NCBI GenBank assembly: GCA_016212635.1
Contig: JACRFR010000018.1
Location: forward strand, 4,080-68,079
Reading direction: 5' to 3'
DNA: 64,000 bases
Source of the DNA: Candidatus Liptonbacteria bacterium
Lineage (GTDB): Bacteria > Patescibacteriota > Minisyncoccia > UBA6257 > 2-01-FULL-56-20
Shown here: positions 54,356 through 61,362 of the stretch, piece by piece
Layout: each line of letters opens with the position of its first letter
Numbering within the stretch: the stretch's first letter is position 1
Program-made: the position numbers and the translations under genes
The notes under the pieces: generated by a model
Databases searched by the model: none
What the model was told of the DNA's origin: nothing
The model's input: the letters and a program-made list of their open reading frames with translations, nothing else

Positions 54356-54403
54356 GGGTTAGGCCCAAGCCCCATACCAGAGCAAAGCACGGTACGGGGT
54401 TTG

Positions 54404-54445
54404 CCTCCCCTATCCCCTCCTTAGAAAAGGAGGGGATAGGGGAGG
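54404..54445. repeat. Family-2 GC-rich hairpin (CCTCCCCTATCCCCTCC-TTAGAAA-AGGAGGGGATAGGGGAGG).
   Basis: Read directly from the sequence. It lies between rsmA and the cluster start. Confidence 0.6.
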
Positions 54446-54462
54446 TTCCGGGTTCTCATATC

Positions 54463-54499
54463 GAGGTCGGGCCTTAAGATTTCCCCAAGGCCCGACCTC
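54463..54499. repeat. Family-1 palindromic repeat.
   Basis: GAGGTCGGGCCTTAAGATTTCCCCAAGGCCCGACCTC + AGATGCAATTC. Confidence 0.7.
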
Positions 54500-54518
54500 A
54501 GATGCAATTCTTAAAAAA

Positions 54519-55319
54519 TTACTCAACCTCCTCAAGCACATGCGTCAATCGCTCCAAGTCATCAAGAGACAAGTTGCCCGGCCGAACTTGAGGGTCGAAA
54601 CCCAACTCTTGGAGCCAGAGCTTTGGTTCCAAGCGCCCCCCCGCTAATCCCGCAGCGGTTAGGTTATTAAGTAAGGTTTTACGCGGCTGTCGAAACAACA
54701 AGTTCACCAATTGAAAATACTGATCCCGGCGAGTAACACTAGGTGGTTGCCGGCGGCGCAGGACTACCAACACACCGTCCACCTGGGGCGGCGGCGAGAA
54801 TTCTTGGCGGGGTATCTTTAAAACCAGTTCCGGTTCCCAGTCCAGCTGGACGCTGGCCGAGAGTTTGTTCATGCCGGGCGGCTTGGCCGCGAGGCGTTCG
54901 CCCACCTCCTGCTGCATCAAAAAAACACAAGCATCCGGGAGGCGGGGTAAGTTGCTGATCAAGCGCAAGAGATAACCGGTCAGGTAGTAGGGCAGGTTGC
55001 CGACCAGGAGATAAGAACGGAGAGGGAGTAGGGGGTAGGGAGTAGAGAGTAGAGTACGGATGTCGCCGGGAATGATTTCCACCCGCGGATCGTTCTTGTA
55101 CTTCTCTTGAAGCGCCTCGGCCAGTGCCGCATCCTTCTCGACCGCAATTATTCTCCTCGCTCCTCGCTCCTCGCTCCTCGCGAGTATCCCAGTCAACTCT
55201 CCATGCCCGGGGCCGATCTCTACGATCGCTTCTCCGGGCAGGGATGTGATCACTTCGGCGATGCGTTCCAGGATCGCCGAGTTCTTTAGAAAATGTTGGC
55301 CTAATTTTTGCCGCGGCAT
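54519..55319 (-). CDS. rsmA: 16S rRNA dimethyladenosine transferase RsmA/KsgA, with an SEER-repeat insertion.
   Basis: MPRQKLGQHFLKNSAILERI...VEIGPGHGELT. CTCCTCG x4 (55149-55176) encodes ARSEERGARR. Confidence 0.9.
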   Translation of the reverse strand: MPRQKLGQHFLKNSAILERIAEVITSLPGEAIVEIGPGHGELTGILARSEERGARRIIAVEKDAALAEALQEKYKNDPRVEIIPGDIRTLLSTPYPLLPLRSYLLVGNLPYYLTGYLLRLISNLPRLPDACVFLMQQEVGERLAAKPPGMNKLSASVQLDWEPELVLKIPRQEFSPPPQVDGVLVVLRRRQPPSVTRRDQYFQLVNLLFRQPRKTLLNNLTAAGLAGGRLEPKLWLQELGFDPQVRPGNLSLDDLERLTHVLEEVE

Positions 55320-55438
55320 GTTTTGTTTCGTGTCATTCCCGCTCGCCTCGCTGAAGCCTCCGGCGAAGCGGGCGAAGGCGGGAATCTAGTGCCCCCTTGG
55401 CTATTATAAGTCAAAAGTTAATAGTCAATCGTCAACAA

Positions 55439-58366
55439 TCAATCGTCAATAGTTATGTAGTCCTCTTCCTCCGCGCGGGACTCAAAATTCAGCAGCTCGG
55501 GCGGCAGCTCGCCTAAAAACCGGGAGGGAATGTCGAAATAAGACAGGGTTAGAGAATGCCTGGCCCGGGTCATGCCGACATACAACAAACGGCGCTCCTC
55601 TTCCAGCTCCGCGTCACTGCCCAAAGACCAGACATGAGGCACTAGTTCTTCCTTGCAGCCCACGATAAAAACCCGGTCGAATTCCAAACCCTTGGCCGCA
55701 TGCAGGGTCATCAGTGCCACTGGCGCGACCCGATCTTCTTGCTTGTCGCTTGTCGCTTGTCGCTTGTCGCTATCTGCGTCCGTGTCCTGAACCAATGCTA
55801 CTTTTTCTAGGAAGTCGCTGATGGTCGGAAAGGATCGCGCAAAAGCGAGCAACTCCGCGATGTTCTCGCGGCGCTCCCGATGATCCGGGAAAGAATGTTC
55901 TAAATATGTCAGGTAGCGGGTGTGGCTCAAGAAATATCGGAACACTTGGCTGGGCGACTGGCTAGCCAACCCTTCTGAACCGGCTAGAAAGTTTTTGAAA
56001 CCCTGCTTGGTCAAAACCTTTTCCAATCGTTCAGTGCTCAATAGGTCTTTGGGGTTGGCAATAACTTTAAGCGCGGCCAGAATATCCTTAACCTCTCGGC
56101 GTTCATAAAACTTCAACCCTCCGAAGATCTGGTACGGTACATCCCGCTCCAAAAGCGCCTGTTCCAAAGCCCGCGACTGGGCATTGGTCCGGTAAAGTAT
56201 GGCCGTGGTTTGTCCGGTTCTCCTCGCTCTTCCCTCCTCGCTCTTCGCTATGTTTTCTGCCACCCATTTCGCCTCTTGGTCTTCATCTGTAAATTCCGCC
56301 AACCGGATCAATTCCCCTTGGGGATTTTCGGTCCACAAAGATTTGGCTTTCTGGCGGCGATTGTGCGCGATCAGGGCCGAGGCGGCCCGGATAATGTTGG
56401 CGGAGGAGCGGTAGCATTTTTCCAGGAGAACCACCTGCGCCTCCGGCCAGTCCTGTTCAAAATTGAGGAATATTTCGAAGTTAGATCCTCGCCAGCGGTA
56501 AATAGAATTGTGCACAACCAGCCGATTGGCCGTGTAATTATGAACCCCGGCCACTTCCAGGTCATAGACCCATCCGCGATACGATTCCCATTCCACCTTT
56601 TTTATCTCATCCTCGACCACGCGCCCGCCAATTTTTACCGCGACTTGCATGGAGGGACGAGCGTGAGCGGCCGGTTGCAGCAACATTCGCGGGCCGGCAG
56701 TTAATCGCGCCGTCCGGACCGTTTCTAGGCCGGGATCAAGGGGTTTTATCTTCCGCACCCAATTTTCCAAGACCGCACTGTCCATATTAGTCAGCTCCGT
56801 CCGCCAATCGGAATATTTGCCCCGCCTGGTAGTTAGGCCCAAGGCGGCCACTTTTTCCTTTAGCCGCTGATCGCGGGTATTGATGCTCAATCGGCTTAGG
56901 CCCCAAGGATGGAGTTTACTTTTGCGCTTGTCGTCGAACATGGTTAGGCGCAAGCGCAATCGGTGGCTAGCGAAACGAATTCCGCCCTGGGGCAGGTAGT
57001 GGGGCCAATTAAAATAAAGGTGGTGATCCGCCATCAGTTTTTTCACTCGCGCAACAGTGTCTATATTTTGGAACAATCGGTCAACTTGGTCTTGAGATAT
57101 AAGCATGGACCTGTTACCGGTGTCGAAAACCGTGGTGGGTATGCCGTACTGAAACGATAAATACGCCTCCCAATATTGGGCTTCCCCACGGCTAGCGCAT
57201 ACCCGCACGATCCACATCTTGTCTCCCCTTTCCTGGTTGCTCCTGACCCGTAGTCCTATTTGCGATACGCCTCCTTGGACCTTTCTTGCGCCTTTGGCCA
57301 AGCCGAGCCGGAAACCGCGATCGGAGCGGTACATAAGATATACATAATATATTTCTTCGCATAGTTTGAGGCGCAAGAAAATAATATGGTTGGGTGTCAG
57401 GCGTAGCGTTTGCCCGCGGGCGGTAGTGATTTTTACCAAAGAGCCGCGATAGAAAAACTTTTTAACTTTTTTCACTACACCCGAGCAAACGCCGCCGTTG
57501 CCGGAAGCTGACCAGATCCGGTTTCCCTGCCTTATCTCCCTTATCGGCCGCGGGCCGGCGGAGGTTAGAATTTCGGTGTCCGGCGGGACGCACTGATGAT
57601 CATCCCCCACGGCAGTTACCGAGCCAGTCGCCCCGGCCATAAGTCGCACCATCTCATACTGCATGTTATTCAGATCCTGATACTCATCGATCAACAAGTA
57701 GCGGGTTCTTTTTTGAACGCGCTGGCAGACCATTTTATCCGAGCTACATAGCTGGACAACTTGATAAACCAAGTCGTCCAAGTCAAAAGCGTTGTTTTCT
57801 TGCAGCGCCTGTTCGTAAGCCGCCCAAATTTGAGCTAACACTTGGTCCTTGGGATCTGCCGAGTCCGGGTCGGGCAGTATCGCGGTCCCTTCCTTGATCC
57901 GGCTCACGGCTTGGAGCAGGCCGGCGGGTGAAAAGCGCGTCGGGTTGATCTCCAGCCGCTTGAACAGTTTTTTCATGAGCTGCATCGCGTCGCCGTGATC
58001 GAAGATCGCGAAGTCGGCCGTTCGACCCAAGAGCCGCGCCTCGAATCGCAGCAGGCGAGCGCCGAACGCGTGAAAAGTTCCAATAAACGGAGTCCCCCGC
58101 TCTTCGCTGTTCGCTCTTCGCTCTTCGCTTCCCACTACGCGTTCGATCATCACCCGCGCGGCCTTATTGGTCAAAGTTAGCGCGCAGATCTGGTCTCCCG
58201 GAATGCCGCGCCGGAGCAAGTTCTGGAGCCGGCTCATTAAGGTGTGGGTTTTGCCCGTGCCCGCCCCCGCCACAATTAATAGAGGCCGATCCGAAGCCTC
58301 CACGGCTTGTTTCTGCTGGGGGTTTAGACCGGAAAAACGGCTGGGAGAATTTTCGGGGATGTCCAT
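55439..58366 (-). CDS. UvrD/PcrA/Rep-family SF1 helicase containing an intein in motif III and three heptamer-repeat insertions.
   Basis: AGAGTGKT (motif I), LIDEYQD (motif II), VGDDHQ|[intein]|SIYRWRGSNFE (motif III), then motifs IV-VI. Confidence 0.9.
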   Translation of the reverse strand: MDIPENSPSRFSGLNPQQKQAVEASDRPLLIVAGAGTGKTHTLMSRLQNLLRRGIPGDQICALTLTNKAARVMIERVVGSEERRANSEERGTPFIGTFHAFGARLLRFEARLLGRTADFAIFDHGDAMQLMKKLFKRLEINPTRFSPAGLLQAVSRIKEGTAILPDPDSADPKDQVLAQIWAAYEQALQENNAFDLDDLVYQVVQLCSSDKMVCQRVQKRTRYLLIDEYQDLNNMQYEMVRLMAGATGSVTAVGDDHQCVPPDTEILTSAGPRPIREIRQGNRIWSASGNGGVCSGVVKKVKKFFYRGSLVKITTARGQTLRLTPNHIIFLRLKLCEEIYYVYLMYRSDRGFRLGLAKGARKVQGGVSQIGLRVRSNQERGDKMWIVRVCASRGEAQYWEAYLSFQYGIPTTVFDTGNRSMLISQDQVDRLFQNIDTVARVKKLMADHHLYFNWPHYLPQGGIRFASHRLRLRLTMFDDKRKSKLHPWGLSRLSINTRDQRLKEKVAALGLTTRRGKYSDWRTELTNMDSAVLENWVRKIKPLDPGLETVRTARLTAGPRMLLQPAAHARPSMQVAVKIGGRVVEDEIKKVEWESYRGWVYDLEVAGVHNYTANRLVVHNSIYRWRGSNFEIFLNFEQDWPEAQVVLLEKCYRSSANIIRAASALIAHNRRQKAKSLWTENPQGELIRLAEFTDEDQEAKWVAENIAKSEEGRARRTGQTTAILYRTNAQSRALEQALLERDVPYQIFGGLKFYERREVKDILAALKVIANPKDLLSTERLEKVLTKQGFKNFLAGSEGLASQSPSQVFRYFLSHTRYLTYLEHSFPDHRERRENIAELLAFARSFPTISDFLEKVALVQDTDADSDKRQATSDKQEDRVAPVALMTLHAAKGLEFDRVFIVGCKEELVPHVWSLGSDAELEEERRLLYVGMTRARHSLTLSYFDIPSRFLGELPPELLNFESRAEEEDYITIDD
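56507..57592 (-). other. Intein, 362 codons (residues 259-620 of the helicase), inserted between Q and S of helicase motif III.
   Basis: It starts CVPPDTEIL (Cys1) and ends ...YDLEVAGVHNYTANRLVVHN, followed by Ser+1. Block B TPNHIIF is present. Boundary codons were verified on the nucleotide sequence: TGC at 57590-57592, AAT at 56507-56509, TCT at 56504-56506. Confidence 0.8.
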
Positions 58367-58481
58367 TTTTGTCCTGCAAAAACAAGGGTTTTTGGCAATT
58401 GCCTCGCCAGCGGTTGTGTGCTAGCCTGTATCTATTCCAAGGTTAGTCAGAAAATTATATCGGTTAGTATCGCCATCAGGA

Positions 58482-59477
58482 ATGGCGGTTTTTTTCGCGG
58501 TAGCCGCACTAGGGTTAGTGGCGGCCGGCGGTGCGGCCCAGAAGAATACAACTCCGCCCCCGCGCGGAATTTTAGGTGGTCCGGCCGGCGGCCACAACCC
58601 CTCTCTGCAAATAGCCCTGGCAGCCGTTGTGGCGGAGAATAGCGCCGCGCCCACCAATACCGAGGTTCATCCTTTGAGCCAGCTCGACGCCAGTTCCTTA
58701 AGCTCGAGTGCCGCGCTCATCACCGCGCCCGCCGGCCTGCGGCAGTTGTCTGATGCCGCAGCCGAATTAGCGATCTATCCGGCGCGTTCGGGCGACACCC
58801 TGCTTAACCTCGCGGATCGTTTTAGTCTGTCATTTCGCGAGCTTTCGGTTCTGAACCCCGAACTGCGCCGCCGCCCGCCCCAACCCGGAGCCGAAGTTAT
58901 TTTGCCGGTGGGCGGTTTAGTTTACCGCGCGCGCGCCGAAGATACCATTCCCAACATTGCCGCCGCCGCGCGGCTTTCATCCGCGGAACTGGCGGACCTG
59001 AATCAAATGTCCGAAGACGAAGCGGTGCGGGCCGGGACACCGATCATTGTTCCTCGTCTGGCCGCCGCCGGTACCGGCGAGACCGTGCCCAGTAAGCAGC
59101 CGCGCATCCGAACGTCCATGTTCCTACCGGCGGACGGTTTGAATTGGGGCCGCCTGCATGGTCATAACGCGGTGGACATTGCCGCCGCTTGCGGCACGCC
59201 GGTTTCCGCGGTGCTGGATGGTACGGTGGTGAGCGACCCCGAATACGGCAATAATACGGCGGATGAGTGGCATGGCGGCTATGGCCGATTTGTGATGATC
59301 GAGCACGCGAACGGGATTCGAACGCGCTACGCGCATCTCGAAAAAGCCATTGTATCCACTGGTGATTTCCTCAATCGCGGCCAGCCGATCGGCACGGTGG
59401 GCCGTTCCGGCGAGGCGACGGGCTGCCATGTCCATTTCGAAGTTTACGGTGCCGCCAATCCCTTTGTGAAAAGCTAG
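58482..59477 (+). CDS. Secreted M23-family peptidase with two LysM domains.
   Basis: Signal peptide, LysM repeats (YPARSGDTLLNLADRF...; YRARAEDTIPNIAAAA...), HNAVDIAA...HVHFEVY. Confidence 0.85.
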   Translation: MAVFFAVAALGLVAAGGAAQKNTTPPPRGILGGPAGGHNPSLQIALAAVVAENSAAPTNTEVHPLSQLDASSLSSSAALITAPAGLRQLSDAAAELAIYPARSGDTLLNLADRFSLSFRELSVLNPELRRRPPQPGAEVILPVGGLVYRARAEDTIPNIAAAARLSSAELADLNQMSEDEAVRAGTPIIVPRLAAAGTGETVPSKQPRIRTSMFLPADGLNWGRLHGHNAVDIAAACGTPVSAVLDGTVVSDPEYGNNTADEWHGGYGRFVMIEHANGIRTRYAHLEKAIVSTGDFLNRGQPIGTVGRSGEATGCHVHFEVYGAANPFVKS

Positions 59478-59489
59478 GTCGGGTTTATT

Positions 59490-59567
59490 CCCCTCCTCGT
59501 CGAGGAGGGGCCAGGGAAGGTTCGGATCCCCAATTTCCCCTCCTCATTAAGGAGGGGCAAGGGGAGG
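59490..59567. repeat. Two tandem family-2-like GC-rich hairpins (CCCCTCCTCGTCGAGGAGGGG; TTCCCCTCCTCATTAAGGAGGGGCAAGGGGAGG) between convergent genes.
   Basis: Read directly. Neither is followed by a T-tract. Confidence 0.55.
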
Positions 59568-59585
59568 TCGTTCCCTCGGTAGTTT

Positions 59586-60437
59586 TTAAGTCAAGGGCAA
59601 ACTACCCTCTGGCCTGGAAAAAGGAGAACTAGCCTGCCCGCGCGTCCGAATGTTTTCATCCAATCGTTTCGCCTCCGCCCAAGCCAACTCATAGATCTTC
59701 TTCATCGCGTCCGCGATCTCCGCGCTCTCAATAATAATGCCTAATTTTTCCCGCCAGGAAGCGATCATCACTTTATTGTCGTAGATGTCGATCTCCGGAG
59801 AAAAGTAATACTTATCCGGGGGCACGAACGCGACCTCCCGTTTTTCTTCTGCGTTGTGTGCGGTGCGTTCCAGAGCGATTGGGGTCTTGGGCACGATGCC
59901 CCGGATACTGATTCCCTTGGCCGCGCGCCGGGCGTAGTATTTAGGAAAATAATTTGGCAGGGCGCGGTGCATGTCGTCGATTGTGGCATAGGCCCGGATT
60001 GGTTCGTGCGAGGTCAGCGTGTCTTCGTAAACTTCGATTAAGCCCTCGCGGCCCTCGTAGAAACGCACCCGCGGTCTTTCTCCGGCGAGCTGCAGTGGTT
60101 TAAGTTGGGGGATTAATTGCTTGGCCAGTTTGGTTTGCTCCTGGGCCGCGTGCAGGCGCCGCTCTAAGACCTCGGTAATCTTATCCGGCGATTCGGTTAC
60201 GTACTCCTGCTTTGGTTCCCGGCCGGAGATGCGCACCATGCCGTATGCGACCAGGGTATCCAGTATGTCGTATCCAGTGGTCCGGTTTATACCCGCGGCG
60301 CGGGAGATCTGGGAAACCGTTCCCCGGCCCAGGGTCAGGAGGGCCAAGTAAGCCCCCGCCTCTTTCTCCGAGAACCCCAAACCCTCCAGGCCCCGCTGAA
60401 TTTCTGACTTTTCCTTTGCGATCTGTTTATTGGACAT
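59586..60437 (-). CDS. TrmB-family transcriptional regulator.
   Basis: LGFSEKEAGAYLALLTLGRGTVSQISRAAGINRTTGYDILDTLVAYGMV (winged HTH) plus a C-terminal effector-like domain. Confidence 0.7.
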   Translation of the reverse strand: MSNKQIAKEKSEIQRGLEGLGFSEKEAGAYLALLTLGRGTVSQISRAAGINRTTGYDILDTLVAYGMVRISGREPKQEYVTESPDKITEVLERRLHAAQEQTKLAKQLIPQLKPLQLAGERPRVRFYEGREGLIEVYEDTLTSHEPIRAYATIDDMHRALPNYFPKYYARRAAKGISIRGIVPKTPIALERTAHNAEEKREVAFVPPDKYYFSPEIDIYDNKVMIASWREKLGIIIESAEIADAMKKIYELAWAEAKRLDENIRTRGQASSPFSRPEGSLPLT

Positions 60438-60575
60438 GTGCCCAGATTATACCCACCCCCTAATTGTGTCAATAGTCATCCACAAAACACAAAATATCCT
60501 TATAAAGTAAGTATAAAACAGACACATGCTATTGACAATGTACTTATATATGATATAATCCCAGTAGGAGGTAGT

Positions 60576-61028
60576 ATGACCTACAGGGCGCTGTTCGAAA
60601 ACCCCAGGTTTGTCATTCCGGCGAAAGCCGGAATCCAGGTTTTCTTAGTCACTGGATCCCGGGTCAAGCCCGGGATGACACTCGGCAAGCGGGGGAATCA
60701 ATGTTTTCGAACAGCGCCGACCTACAAAGTTATCGATCGGTTGCCGCCGCGCGGTGGTGCATTTGACCCCGATGTCGCAAAGGCCGTGGCGGCCGGCTAC
60801 GATTTGACAATTCACTACACGTTTCAGGAGGGAGAAGGCTGGTCTTGTTTCGTTGCGGTTCGGGACCGACATGATAATCCGCCGAACTATACCAAGATTT
60901 TAGCGGACCCTCGCTTCGTGAACGCCCTGGAAGTTGCAGGGTTGGCCAACTTTCGGTACACAGGCGGCGCGGAAAGCGACGAGGAATTGATCAAGGCGCT
61001 GAAAGAGATATTCCCGACCCTGTACTGA
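60576..61028 (+). CDS. Small hypothetical protein whose codons 4-50 are supplied by an in-frame MITE insertion. It is preceded by consensus TTGACA-16-TATAAT and an AGGAGG SD.
   Basis: MTY[RALFENPRFVIPAKAGIQVFLVTGSRVKPGMTLGKRGNQCFRTAPTY]KVIDRLPPRGG... The bracketed 47 aa are the element plus its 8-bp TSD. Confidence 0.5.
   Translation: MTYRALFENPRFVIPAKAGIQVFLVTGSRVKPGMTLGKRGNQCFRTAPTYKVIDRLPPRGGAFDPDVAKAVAAGYDLTIHYTFQEGEGWSCFVAVRDRHDNPPNYTKILADPRFVNALEVAGLANFRYTGGAESDEELIKALKEIFPTLY
60587..60718. mobile_element. MITE-like element copy B (132 bp, 16-bp TIRs) with an 8-bp target-site duplication GACCTACA at 60578-60585 and 60719-60726.
   Basis: Near-identical to 19766-19897. The TSD was verified on both flanks. 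Confidence 0.85.
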
Positions 61029-61362
61029 CCCTCCTTTCGGTTTTATCAAGGGGAAGACCGCCGTTTCCCCGCTTGTCCCGCACCGTGTTTTACTCTGGTG
61101 CGGGACCTACCCGGCACCCCGATGCATACGGGCGCCAGGTAGAATTTTTCATCGGATGACCCCGGTCTTACGATGACCAAATATTATCGGTTCTGTGGTC
61201 ATCGTAAGACACAGAATTTAGTTTTGGTTTCTTGGCCGGATAAAATCAATATCTGGTTATCTGATGACCAGACACGCAGACAATATTGGGTCATCAGATA
61301 ACGAAGACGTCGGATAACAGGACGGTTAGTCGTCGGACGGCAAATGGCGTAGCATTAAACTT

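Noticed and set aside
55148-58128. Short tandem repeats considered as a possible CRISPR array or as contingency (phase-variable) promoter repeats.
   Set aside because: Units are 7-14 nt and contiguous (no spacers), and they lie inside coding regions, so they are reported instead as in-frame coding microsatellites.
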